Positions 12,551 through 26,290 of a stretch of 64,000 bases of DNA are shown piece after piece. The translations under genes and the position numbers were made by a program. The notes under the pieces are model-generated. The model worked only from the letters and a program-made list of their open reading frames with translations. It searched no databases and was not told the DNA's origin. The stretch is from the NCBI RefSeq assembly GCF_006345805.1, contig NC_043015.1:4154001-4218000 (forward strand), read 5' to 3'. Each line of letters starts with the position of its first letter. The first letter of the stretch is position 1. Source of the stretch: Octopus sinensis (taxonomy: Eukaryota).

Positions 12551-12795
12551 AATATATATATATATATAATATATATCTATATATACATTAACTGTTATTA
12601 GGCTATGGGGAAAAAGATAATATTAGTCAACGCTACACGTTACTTTGCATTAGTAAGTGTAAAATAATAAATATCCTGGTTTCAATTATTAAAGTGTAAA
12701 ATAGTAAATAGTCTGATAACCTGGAATAATTATTGTTCCCTAAGTTTATTTTATATATATCAAGTATATACAGTATACATATATATATATATATA

Positions 12796-12829
<34 letters not shown>

Positions 12830-13097
12830 CGCATACATATTTACTTATGTGCATGAACAAGTAAACCAACAACATGGAGAGACGAGCAGACTTCACACCA
12901 TTCTCTCGAGATACAGATTTTTAGTTTTAGCAAAATAAATGCTCACACATCATAATGAAGGCAGGAGAGGTTGTCTTGCCTTATGAAATCATGACCATCA
13001 ATGATTTCTCTATTTCCTCTATCACTAATGAAAAATTATTGTATATCGACCTTGATTAGATGTTTGCATACTCTTGGTGTGACACATCTCCAAATAA

Positions 13098-13931
13098 CAG
13101 AATACTCCGGAAAAATATAACCCGGAGTTATTTGCATTAGCAGTGTCAGTCTTTGTACGCACTTTTGAGATATTCGACTGGATATTAGACGAAGTCCACG
13201 ACCTTGACAACGAAAGATACCTGTCACCACTTTCAACAGCTAAGTAGTTAGATTCTATGTGTAATGAATGATTGATGATAGAGGCAAACATTAACCGAAA
13301 CTCTCATTGACGTTGTATTGCATTAATCAAAATATATGAATGCATTACATGCATCCTCAAATATGAAAGCAGAAGCATCTTCAAAGAACTACAGTGCAGT
13401 TTTTCGGAGACCAAAATCGAAGAGATGCTGGACAGGCCAACTTAAACATATGCTCAGAGCAGAAAAATGCAATCCATGGGTACATATCTCGTTCGAGAGG
13501 AATATCATATCGAGAGCTTTGCCAGGAAGTGTAGTCTTTGCTGTGCGTTTGACAAATACACATATCATCTCACCTAGAAGAACGTTATCGTTATGCAAGA
13601 AAAGGAGATAGCTATTAATTACCCAATAATCAAGGGAGAGAAAATAATATTAATCCTCGAGAATGCGATAGAAAATATTGGCTCTGTAATATCAGTGTGG
13701 AATGTTGCCCCCCCACACACACAATGCCAGCCGCTCCCCCAAAATGTTCCCGACATACTACCTGCCGAAAAGGCATGATATAATTCCAAAGACAGTTTAG
13801 AAAACTATCCGCACGATAATTTCCGTGACGCATATATGAAAGTCTTGTCACAACTAGCATGTATTGACTTTTTAAAGCAAAGGATACTGGTGGATCTCTC
13901 GAATAAAAATAGTAGTTCCATGCAAACATAA
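13098..13931 (+). pseudogene. possible fossil coding frame of unknown origin
   Basis: One frame with only 3 stops in 206 codons (13311-13928); an upstream part of the same frame reads TPEK-x23-LDEVH; no family recognised. Confidence 0.25.
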
Positions 13932-14905
13932 GAGACCTGATGTTCCGTTGGATACGTAACAAATATATTTCACTGTTCTTCAGGTTAGTATTTATGGTGA
14001 ATTAAAAGGAACGTACAGATCCAGTACCATCACTGTGAGTGTATTAGTCTATGTACCGACACATTTTTTCCCCCAAAAATTTAAAATATTTGATAGTTCG
14101 AAGGAGGTGCTAAAGGAACTAACACTGATTCTCTCCAAATCAAACATTTTAGCAGCGCATCCAGGTCATTCCAGCGATTCCCTATCAAATATTCGTTAGA
14201 TGGTTAAATGCAAACACTTTAGTGTGTGCATCAACAGATTAGCATACACACCACCTTAGTTGCTTATCTACAAACACCAGTGAACGGATCGTACTCCCAA
14301 AAGAATAACTTAAATAAGACTCCTAGGAAAATCTTACATAGACATATATATCAGAAATACAAATATGATAAGACAACACGGCTTTAATTTTTCACTATAT
14401 TTTACTTTTGAATATATTTACTTTGAATTGTTACCCTTCGTCAGCATTTTATATCAGAATATATATTATCCAGCCTGTATTTCCATGAAACATTTATATC
14501 AAAACTATTTTAATATCATGCTCAGCAATTTTGCGCCATTTTTTCCTGGTAATTGGGAATCATTCGCTTCGTCTATATCTGGAGATCCTCTTAAAACTTT
14601 AGCGATTTCAAATTATTCTCTGCATCAATGATAGTGTCAGTTTATAATTGAAAACAAAAACATATATAATGCATGCTTGTCGTGTCACATTAGTGTTCTC
14701 AATATTTCTGATTCATGAAATATTCATGATTTCTCAATAACGTAAAATGCAGCTATATTAAGTGAATCAGAATGATGCATTATTTTGGGAGACGCTGCAA
14801 TTAAACTGTGAACAAATTTATCGTATCTAATACTCGAAAGTCTATGACAGCACGAAAATAAAATCTACCCGTTTTAGGTACCGTGCAGAATATACAGAAC
14901 TGCCT

Positions 14906-15272
14906 GGCATCTTGGGCAAGTGTCTTCTACTATAGCCTCGGGCTGACCAAAGCCTTGTGAGTGGATTTGGTAGACGTATATATGTATATACGTATATATG
15001 TATATATGTATCTATATATATATCGTATATATGTATATATATGCGTGTGTGTGTTTGTGTGTCTGTGTTTGTCCCCCTAGCATGGCTTGACAACCGATGC
15101 TGGTGTGTTTATGTACCCGTTCCTTAGCGGTTCAGCAAAAGGGACTGATAGAATAAGTACTGGAGTTACAAAACAATAAGTCCCGGGGTCAATTTGCTCG
15201 ATTAAAGGCGGTGGTCCAGTATGGCCGCAGTCAAATGACTGAAACAAGTAAAAGAGTAAAAGAGTAAAAGAG
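14906..15272 (+). mobile_element. SINE family B, 5'-truncated
   Basis: ggcatcttgggcaagtgtcttc CORE-like start, internal TA/TG tract, (aaaagagt)3 tail. Confidence 0.9.
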
Positions 15273-16025
15273 AAATACACAAACAACACTTATGCATATT
15301 ACGTACGGTCGTCTCTTCAGTTTAGAAAAATATTTGTATCACTTGCCCCATCGTTATTTAAAGTGATTCTACGAAACGTTATCAAAGATTTCCAGGACTA
15401 TTTCTGTAGCGCAGCAACAGATGGATGTCAGCACACAGTTGCGCCACAATACATATACAGATTGAACAGTTACAGCTTTCACTTCATACCTAATGTAGGC
15501 TTTAAGAAAAAGCAACTGAATTTTGTCATTCCTTGCTATATATGATTTTATTTAATGTACAAGCGTTTTATCTGGAGAAGAATACACAAACACAACATAC
15601 CGAATGCATTTGAAGTAAATGCTAACATAGAGGCACACGCTTCCTAAGAGTCACTCATAAGAACATATTCTGATACATTTAGACATGCAAATATTCATAC
15701 CGTTCTTTCAGATACAGGTCAGTATCCACCGAATTGTGTTAAACAATTATTAACATCATTATCTCCTTATCTTCATTGCTTATGTGTTTCATTTCTGAAG
15801 ACAGACTAATATCCCAAATAATCCAGAATGATATTGACACCTTTCCTCAATCTAATAACTTAAATTTTTTCGTTCTTATAATATTAGTCTAGTTTTTGTA
15901 TGAGGTCCTATATGCAATTCTTCGTCGAAACCCACCACTTGATTTTCAAAGAATAAGTTGACGCATCAAGCGAAACAGTTTATAACTCTGTAAAATGCAA
16001 TTACATCTCTGATGATTGACGTCAA

Positions 16026-16056
<31 letters not shown>

Positions 16057-16108
16057 CGTATAGGAAAGAATAGAGCTGAGCGAAGATTTAAAAAAATTCC
16101 TTTATTTT

Positions 16109-16194
16109 ATTTTCGACATATGTTTCGAAGTCTGCAAAATTCCTAATTCCGAATGAATAAGGAGTCCATTATGCAGCTTTCTCTTCATGAAAAT
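16109..16194 (-). ncRNA. type I hammerhead ribozyme-like motif with C3->A core mutation and long stem II
   Basis: Minus strand: AUUUUC-aUGAAGA-GAAAGCUGC...GCAGACUUC-GAAA-C(auau)G-UC-GAAAAU; 6-bp stem I, 7/9 paired at the base of stem II. Confidence 0.6.
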
Positions 16195-16647
16195 CCAGGA
16201 AGTTACTGGATTAAACTTCAAATTTCGCACTAAGGCACGGAGTATATGCCCTATGGTCGTAACTTCAACCGTGTTCTTTCTGTTATGAGTTTGCTACCCA
16301 GGTATCGGTTATCTTTCGAATTATCCGTAATAAGATAATTCATTTATCTACATAAATATACATATATATATATTATATAATGTAGGAAAAAATTCGAATT
16401 CAATGGTGTACAACCCTTTACCATTACAGGCATCTGCATACCGTAAAGTGTGGTCTTCATTATCATATATTCATATACTTATCTAGATAATAGGAAGCAA
16501 TAGATTAAGAGATACGCGGATATTCTAATTCAGATAATACAAAAAAATAACCTAACGAGTATACCTGAAGAGTATAAAACATACTTTCTTAATTAACTCC
16601 TAATTAGCTTAAAATTAAAATGATAAATTATGCAGGAATATTGGAAC

Positions 16648-16662
<15 letters not shown>

Positions 16663-16702
<40 letters not shown>

Positions 16703-16705
16703 GTG

Positions 16706-16736
<31 letters not shown>

Positions 16737-16742
16737 TGTGTG

Positions 16743-16770
<28 letters not shown>
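16663..16770. repeat. (TA)n-(TG)n microsatellite
   Basis: Read directly. Confidence 0.95.
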
Positions 16771-16774
<4 letters not shown>

Positions 16775-16890
16775 AAAATATATGACAGATATTCGGAAGC
16801 CTGATAAAATTCCGAGTTTATAATTACAGATACATTCCCCTAATTACATAATATATTGGTCTCATTCATCCTTTCGTTACTATCAATATA

Positions 16891-16954
<64 letters not shown>

Positions 16955-17585
16955 ATTCTACTTAAACATCTCGAGGTTCGTTTTCAAAATGATGTTAATA
17001 TAATTTTACATCACTTTAAAATTAAGCTCTAAATTCAACTTTAAATGAAACATTAAAAATTAAGAATTATACTTCGTAAAGTTAAGAATTAAAAATTATA
17101 AATAGAACATTAAAAACTATGAATTAGTAAATGGATATCAAACTTATAATGTCAAGTATATAATATCAAATCCAAAACATAAGATATAATATTTACATCA
17201 GAAGTGAGAAATAATATAATGTATGCAGAAATATATTCTCCTTTATGGAATCTCTAAACGCCATTTTAAAAGACATCTTATTTCCATAAGAGGAGGATAT
17301 GTATCTGCATATATACATTCTTTTTCACATTGAATCACGTACATTTTTATTCTGATGATTTTTTCTATAATAATTTGTTTTTGACATTATATACTTGATA
17401 TTATAAATTTGATATATGTTTACTAATTCATATTTATAATGTATAATTTATAATTCTTAATTGTTAAAATTACAACGTGTAATATTTGATTTTTAATCTA
17501 ATGTTGAATTTAACGCTTAATCTCAAAATGATGTAACTTTAGATTAACAATATTATGAAAAAGAATATGAAGGTGTGTTGGTAGA

Positions 17586-17628
<43 letters not shown>

Positions 17629-17860
17629 GACGTTGAAATTGTAATTTAGTATTTTCTTAAGAACATTTTAGTCGTGATGTGTAAAGGTGATTGTGAATAA
17701 TGTGGAAACATCTAAGGGAGGTAATTAGTGATAATTAGTATTCGTGATATTTGCTCATATTTTGGGGACGGGATAAATAAATATACGCAAACTCAAACGC
17801 TACAGAAGTGAAATTTTGTATTTACAGTGATATGTATGTGAACATGAATTAAAATATATA

Positions 17861-18089
17861 CTTTTACTCTTTTACTCTTTTACTTGTTTCAGTCATTTGA
17901 CTGCGGCCATGCTGGAGCACCACTTTTAGTCGAGCAAATCGACCCCGGGACTTATCCTTTGTAAGCCCAGTACTTATTCTTTCAGTCTCTTTTACCGAAC
18001 CGCTAAGTGACGGGGACGTAAACACACCAGCATCGGTTGTCAAGCGAAGCTAGGGGGACAAACACTCACACACAAACATACATATATAC

Positions 18090-18149
<60 letters not shown>

Positions 18150-18308
18150 CGACAGGCTTCTTTCAGTTTCCGTCTACCAAATCCACTCACAAGGCATTGG
18201 TCGGCCCGGGGCTTTAGTAGGAGACACTTGCCCAAGATGCCACGCAGTGGAACTGAACCCGGAACCATGTGGTTGGTTAGCAAGCTACTTAACACACAGC
18301 CACTCCTG
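17861..18308 (-). mobile_element. full-length SINE family B
   Basis: Reverse complement: caggagtggctgtgtgttaag...gggttcagttcc...cttgggcaagtgtc, internal (TA)n, (aaaagagt)n tail. Confidence 0.9.
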
Positions 18309-18490
18309 AATTAAAATATATAATATGCGTTCATATTTAAGAGTGTCCTGTATTTTTCGACATATTATCTTTATTCAAACCTTCTTGTACAGGAGCTGTT
18401 TCTACTGTGGGAAACGGATCAGTTCCTTCCGCAGTGTAGTTTTTCGTCTAAGTGTCACACACACACACACGCACACACACACACACACAC

Positions 18491-18536
<46 letters not shown>

Positions 18537-21500
18537 CTTTGATACTTTGATACTTTGATAGGTTTCGGCCATTATTGGCCCAGGCCATGTCTAACTTAAT
18601 AGCACCACCTATATATGCATATGTGTGTGTACATAGTACATATATGCGTACGGATATATATGTATGTGTGCGTGTGAAAACGCGCACACGTGCATAATAC
18701 TTAAAATCTGTGTGATTATGTGTATTCATATGTGGTAGTGCAGCTTTAAGCTGTGATGTTACAACTTGTAGCTAATTATTAGTTTACTGAATATTACTAT
18801 TGAAATCAATAAAGTGAATTAATTACTCATACTAGTTTACAAACTTGGATATAGAACATACACATATAATCTTATAAATTTAAATTACGTGTCTATCATC
18901 CGTAAAAAGAAAAATTAATTTAATTATTTTGGTGAGTTATTATTCATTATGTTACCATCCAGGTTCAACCTAATTCAAATGTGTATATTGATATCATTGT
19001 CATAGCAAAATGTCTGAATCTACCTTGATAATGTTCGTTTGGCTGTGACTCTTAAAGAAGCTAGCAGCTAAACGTCACTGAAATCAAATGCAACTCTCTT
19101 AAATTACGGGCATTATGTATATTACTTTAGTAGACATCCTGTGTATTGATACATTAGAAATATGTGAATGCAATGCATTTAAGTTGCTATAAAGTTTTCG
19201 TTCAATATTGTGTAAGATATCTTCCTCACCAAAATTTCTAAAAAGATGTAAAATATGCAGAAGATGTAAAATATCACCACTTAATGAAAATGTTGTCAGT
19301 ATCTGTAAAACAAAAAGGAAGAATTGGAAAAGGCGTCGGTCCAGTCATATTTGCATGTTGGCAACTGAATTGATTGGATAAAATTCATCTTACGCTAAAA
19401 TTTGTATTTATTCTAACTCTTAAGATGAGACTTGTTGCAAGTTCTTCTCCAAAAGTCTATCTACCAATTTTCACTCTGCATGAGATTATGATGACTGGGT
19501 GCTACTCTGAGATACATTTCTTAGTGAAATAACATCATTCGCTTCAGTGTAAAATGAAGGTTTCGAAGGAGATAAACAATTGAAGCTATTTTGTATATTA
19601 TATTTGTATGCCAGATTGATCATGAATACACGAAAAATTATTCGCACGTTAACATTAGTTAAACTTTTCTCCCCAGTTATTTTGATGAAGCAAAGCCACT
19701 AAGCTGCAGATACATTCGATGATTGGCTAACAACTCTTAACGCGGATCTTACCTTTTAAGGTCATCTGAACGTCGGCAAACGAAGAGGAATTTACGATAC
19801 TTCTTTCGAGATATTTAGACGTTTTCGGTGATGCTACACTGTATATCAATGGATTATTACAGCCGATTTATATATTCTGTTTACATACCACGAGCGACCT
19901 TCTTTTTTTTTTGGGGGGGGGGCATTTAAAAACAAAACAGATCATTATTACATTAATAGATTATTTACTAATGACTTATATTTGGCTGTCTTGCGTAAGG
20001 TACGGCATTCCTTACATTTTGCATTTTCTTATATATTACATGCCTCAATTTGAGCATCATTAATATACGAAGATGAAAGTTTTAGAGAAAGTTTTGTTGC
20101 AATATTAGTTCATATATATATATATATATAATTATATATATATATATACGAACATAATTTATCTAATATTCACCATTTAGAAATATCATAAATAGACCTA
20201 ATTTAATACGGAAGACAACATGAAGAATATGAAGCTATTCTCATTCACCTTCATCAAATAAATCTAACCTAAAATGAAAACAGATAAACTACTCAAGAGT
20301 CGGATATTTCTAGCTTTATCTCAGAATAAAATGGTTATAAAATAAAATTTCACATAAATTATATTGCAGGCGAAAATATTTTTTGAGAATAATTTATAAT
20401 GTAATATACGTATATTTTATGAATAAATATACTGGTTTTTGCTATAAAATTCTAAAGAAGATTGCTATATAAAACGATGGTTACGATTTCTCGCTAATAA
20501 ACGATCTGCAAATGAATAACAAACTTTTGTTTTCCATAATAGCTTCTTCCGCGCAGTGAGTGCGTGTGGGTGGGGTTATGGGAGCGAGTGTGTGTGTCCG
20601 TCTCTCTGTGTCTATTTGTGTCCGTGGATGATGAGCGTATGTAATTGAATCATACCATATATAAACACGTGCAGTTTGAAATTTTGATTTTGTTATGTGA
20701 AAGATGGCGCTAATACTGTTTGTCAAATATCGACATTTTGTATGCCTTTTATATATAAAATATGTATAAACTATTTACATGACTTTTATGCAACAAGAAT
20801 CTCCAGGATTAACATCCCTACAGTTGCACTACTTATATTTTTCGTATGATTATCTGTATGTTTAAATGGCTGCTTCCACTGAGCAAGAACTCAATCTGTC
20901 TCTACTCATATATTGTGATGATTTAACTCACACTAACTTAGTAACAGAAGATCGATCCCTTAATTTGGCTGCTTGTATTTTGCTTTCTGATTTTGCAGAA
21001 TTCCATAATGGCGTATCGTATGATTTTCCTTTATCCAATAAATACCTTCTCAAAAATATTTCTTTATGCAGCCTTCATGTTCTAAAATTATATAGCATGA
21101 ATAAAAAATTAAGTACCCATATTAAATACTGATTTCTAAATATGCTAATTTTCGGGAAAATAATTCAGATAACAATAAAGAGGACAGGCAGATTAAATTA
21201 TGAAGTATCCAGTTATTTTACGAAGAATAATGTATTATAAAATTGTCCAGTGGGGAAATCATTTTCTAAGCGAAGATGATTATATTAGTTCATTTTCCAC
21301 ACTGTACGTAGTTAATTTTCGCATAATTTTTACTCTCTGAAATGCTATAAATCATTCCGGAGCAGAGGGATTTGAAGAAATTGGATAATTTTATTCTAAT
21401 TTGTATTGCAGCAATACTTTAAAATGAGACTATAATAAAACAAAAGAGCTTTAGAGCATTAAAATAAAATTTGCGAAAATCAGATTTAGTACTGTACAGT

Positions 21501-21839
21501 GCGATATAATTTAAATGTATTTAAAATATTTACGTCGGGTTGCAGTGAATATTGGCTACTATGCCAATGAAACACCGTCCATGAAAAGTGAAAAAATATT
21601 ACACAACGCATCTATCCATAGACGTATGAACATTACTATACAAATAAAACTTTCTAATTTTAATTTCTAAGTTTTGATTCGAAAGTTGATTTATAATTGC
21701 ACTCTAGATCGAATCTATATGTCTTGCATATCATAATGAACTTCAGTATGTACGCCTAATTGTTTATTCTCAAATGGCTAATTTCACAATTTTAAAAATA
21801 TCAAGCATTAAGCGTGTTATATATGTATATGTACGTATA

Positions 21840-22111
21840 TCAAGTGATCACGTGACCGACCAGTCTATCAGATGTAGTTACACACCGGTCGTCACAATGC
21901 GTTCGCCTTATTTTAGCCTTCGAATGACGCCACCCCGCTGGCTAAGCGAGCAGGCCAACAGAAGAAACAGTGGGAGAAAGAGTGGTGAAAGAGTACCGCA
22001 GGGATCACCACAGTGGAGCTTTTAGGTGTTTTCGCTCAATAAGCACTCACAACGCCCGGTCTGAGATTCGAAACCGCGATCCTACGACCGCGAGTCCGCT
22101 GCCCTAACCCT
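21840..22111 (-). mobile_element. tRNA-derived SINE family C
   Basis: Reverse complement begins gggttagggcagcggactcgcggtcgtaggatcgcggtttcgaatctc (tRNA-like with B box); GC-richer than the surroundings. Confidence 0.7.
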
Positions 22112-22493
22112 GTACTATGAGCATTATTAAAGAGCGAAAGCATACCTATAGCAGCTCTATGAGACGAATTGTACTCTCTAATTTTAAGGTTTAAATTGAT
22201 AACGTGAAAAGAGTAAGATGCTATTCAGAATTCTTCCAATGATGTATCGGTGTTATTTATGTATAGTTATACATAAATGCAAATCTTTACTTATTCATGC
22301 GTGTATAAATGCAAGCATACAAATGTGTGTGTGTTTTTGTATGTGTATAGAGATAGATACATAAATACAATATATATATATACATATAATCTATAAATGA
22401 GGGTGAAAAAATTGGATATTAATTTAATAATACCATCAATTTAACACCAAGTGTCTTAGCAAATAAAAACCAGGAATACAATACAAATTTATA

Positions 22494-23045
22494 TATGTGG
22501 TTAACTCTAGTGCTAAAAATAGCTCCGTTACTGATATAGCCACTGAAACTCGTTTCCAAGAAGAAATAACACTACATTTAACGTAAGGTAAGTGAAATAT
22601 AACGAAAAAAAAAATAGATTAACCTTGAACAATTGTTTCATTATTAATGTAATATGCTATTTTACTTACATAACATCCATAAATCTTCAGCAGAGGTTTG
22701 TCTTAAATACAATTTATTAGATCGCAGGAGCCTCAAATACACGTGTGGTTTAATCGATTGTATTCGTAGATATGATTTCAAATTCCCCCGCCAAAAGCGT
22801 GATAAGATTTACTGGAAACGAATACTGCATAAACCGCACGGAATTTGACGCTCGTGTGATCTAATAAATTGTATTTAAAACAATTGCATATTACATTAAT
22901 AATGAAACAAATGTTCAGGGTTAATCTATTTTTTCGTTATATTTCACTTACCTTACGTTAAATGTAGTGTTATTTCTTCTTGGAAACGAGTTTCAGTGGC
23001 TATACCAGTAACGGAGCTATTTTTAGCACTAGAGTTAACCACATA
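22494..23045. mobile_element. foldback/MITE with ~160-bp near-perfect terminal inverted repeats, TA at both ends
   Basis: 22494-22657 is the reverse complement of 22886-23045 (about 3 substitutions plus an A-run length difference); additional inner inverted pair 22703-22723 / 22858-22878. Confidence 0.85.
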
Positions 23046-23121
23046 GTGGTCACTCTCTCATATTTATATATACATACATACATATATATATATATACACA
23101 CAGATACACACACACACACAT

Positions 23122-23206
<85 letters not shown>

Positions 23207-23515
23207 AGTGTGTGTAGTTGTGATTTTGTGTATGTGTGTGTACACGCTCGGTTATTCATTATGATTTGAACAATTCTAATCGTAATTGGTTGTTACTTAG
23301 ATACTCATTTTATTCTCTCTGCACGAGTGTGATTTTAAATTGTAGTAATAATATTGATACATATGCAAATATATCATGTTAGAAAAAAATTGAATTCGGG
23401 ACGAAAATGTCTTATGTATGCAAAGTACCATTGTACACAAGCAATAATGAAGTTCGGGTGTTCATTGTCAGGGCAAATAGAAATATGTGGGCTAACAGAT
23501 TGTTTAAGGAAGATA

Positions 23516-24031
23516 TTAGGTTGGCCGGAAAGTCCGTGCCAATTTATAGTAGCTTATCTTTCGACTTATATTAGAACATGTTTGTGTCCATAAAATATGA
23601 GTTCACTACACCTCCATTTACAGCACAGTTTAAGGTATCTTTTCGTGGAGGAAAGTTTATGTTCCTATAAACGTTGTTAATTCTGTAACCCTTTAAAATG
23701 GAAGATAAGTTAGTTCATTTTTGGCACTGGATGCTTTGAGAACAAGACTCAGATGTGTTTCACCAACCCCATATTCACTAAATATTGTTCCTTCAGATTT
23801 CCACTTATTCAGATTTCTGCAGAATAGTCTTTATTGTAAAAATTTCGATTTGGATGTGTAAAATGATACCATGATGAATTCTTTGCCATGAAACCACCTC
23901 AATTCTGGGAAGATGGAGACGCATTGTGCAACAAAACGGTTCATATTCGGTTGATTAAAAATGTAATGGCCTGCATTTATTGACCTTTTCCTTTCTTTTA
24001 AAAATCGGCACGAACTTTCCGGACAGCCCAA
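23516..24031 (+). mobile_element. internally deleted mariner element with both TIRs and TA target duplications
   Basis: TIRs ttaggttggccggaaagtccgtgccaattt / aaatcggcacgaactttccggacagcccaa (5 mismatches in 30); residual transposase PYSLNIVPSDFHLFRFLQNS and FFAMKPPQFW. Confidence 0.85.
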
Positions 24032-25062
24032 TATAATAACCATATGATCATTGTAATCGCTCACCATATATCTTTTCTAAACAAATTTAGAAAATGGACG
24101 ATTACTAGTTAAAACTGTGAGATACTGCAAGCTTAAAACAGACTATCATTACGATAAAAAATGCTTCATAATTTACTGAATAAGAGGCAGTGAATTCGTA
24201 ATTTACTTGACATGTATATTTAAAGTAATTGGTTACATTGTATATGTAATATACTTTTAGCGTACTGATAAATACTAATTTTGTGCAACGAACAGCAAGA
24301 AAATTAATTTAAAAGTTGTGTACAGAATAATTGGATTTCTCACAAATCTAACAACTGATGTCTGTAAACAGAAGATTAATTAAATTTTTGGATATTTAAT
24401 TTAAAATACTAAAATAATATATTGTATTGAGGAAAAATTATAACAATCAAATCGACTAAGAATGACTAGATATGATATAAATTTGACTTTTGCTATTAAA
24501 CAAAATCTTGCAGTGACTAATATTGATAAAGAAAATAATTAGACATAAATATTTGTATACGAAGATTTATAACAAAATATCATTACTGACAACGTTTTAC
24601 TCTCATTGACAACTACGTAAAAATAGCCTATTCTAATTTCTACTAGTAATTTACTATACTTGACAAATGAAAAATCTGATACAGTCGATGCATATAGTTT
24701 GCCCGAATATCATGTTTATGTACCGTAATCCGATTGAGTCCAATTCTTGCACCTCATTCTCTTGATACTCTTAAAAGAAAGAGAAGTATGTTGTTTCCAT
24801 TTTACTTGGTATTAACGTGATGTAAATTCTTTGCCCACTTGCTAGTTAAAAAAAGTTGATAATTTGAGGAGAAAACTTGAGTGTATCTTTTTTACTTATA
24901 CCTGTGAAAAGGATTATGATATCGCTATGGCTGAAATGATACTTCGTCTCCGGTAGTGTAGTACTCAATATAAGCCAACACTTTGTATCCTGGACACCGC
25001 GAAGGACAATATTTCTTCTCGGCACAAACAGTTTGCAATATTGCGCAGGGAAATAATGTATC

Positions 25063-25270
25063 CTACTGGTAGAATCGTTAGTTCGCCTGAGAAAATGCTT
25101 TGCGACATTAAGGGCGTCTATAATTTCTGAACTTACGTACCACTGAGGATGACTTTGCCTTTGATACTGTCGGGGTCGGTAAAAAAAGGACCAGTTAACA
25201 CTGTGATCCCTGTAAACGACTGATACCTTCCTCTGATATTACTGGCTTTGTGGCAAACATTGAAACCAAT
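25063..25270 (+). mobile_element. old degenerate SINE family A copy
   Basis: tggtagaatcgttag...gactttgcctttgatactgtcggggtcggtaaaaaaaggaccagtt. Confidence 0.65.
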
Positions 25271-26190
25271 ATTTGGTAGTGATATAATGCTGTAAGCAAT
25301 ATGATATTATACGTCTACTACATAAATCTAGCCAGCATGAGCGGCCCTCTCATATTGATTTCGAATATAGCATGAAAAATTGAATTGGTCTGAATCATTG
25401 TAAAAATTTTGGATTTTATTATATTTGCATTAATATTCTAGAAAATGACGGTAATCATTTTAATATCTAGATTTACATAGATCTCTGAACATTTTTGATG
25501 TAACCGCAAACGAGAAGTCTTATATTAATATAACACATTCAATAAAAATATACGCGCATTAAAACACATGTCAGATATAGAAATAAAGGTTATTAATATT
25601 CCAAGCAGAAATATGAAGGCATCCATCTGTTTCTGTAATAAAATTATTTTGATCATTTCACGTTGATACAGGTTGTCATTTTTCTTGTTGTTATAATTAT
25701 TCGGATGATCTTACTTTCGAAATATATCCTATATAAACTAAAATGTCTCTTGCTATCACTGCAGCTATGTTAATTAACATAAATATTGGAATATTCGTGC
25801 TGCTGAGAATTCCAAGCGATTTATGTATGCTTTCAACATACAAATGAAATGATCTCGTCAAGCATCGAAGAAAACACTGGACGTATCGTATCTTATCGAT
25901 CAAAAGAAAGCTCTGTATACATAATATATACATATATATTTTAGAATAATAAGATGGTCAGATTGTTTGTAGGTTATACTATTTTTTTTATTTATCTTAT
26001 CTACTTATGTAGCTCTTTCTTCCGTTATCTTTTAACAAATGGAAACGCTGAAAATGTAAATATGTGAATAAATAGAACAATGTATAAAATCATCCAACAT
26101 TCTGACTACCTTATTATTCTGAATATACAATATCTAATCATCACGTAAAAAAAAACTCTCCCTCGCTCTCTCATTATCTCTCTCTCCATA

Positions 26191-26261
<71 letters not shown>

Positions 26262-26290
26262 CATATATATATATAATATATATATATAAT

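Noticed and set aside
13497-13615. Frame reading ISYRELCQEV...SSHLEERY, faintly like the atypical PKC PB1 domain
   Set aside because: Two stops, wrong spacing and no further similarity; overlaps the better-supported fossil frame.
21551-21580. Hairpin attggc/gccaat followed by GAAAC-acc-GTC
   Set aside because: Upstream sequence (cagtgaat) does not match CUGANGA and no stem I forms.
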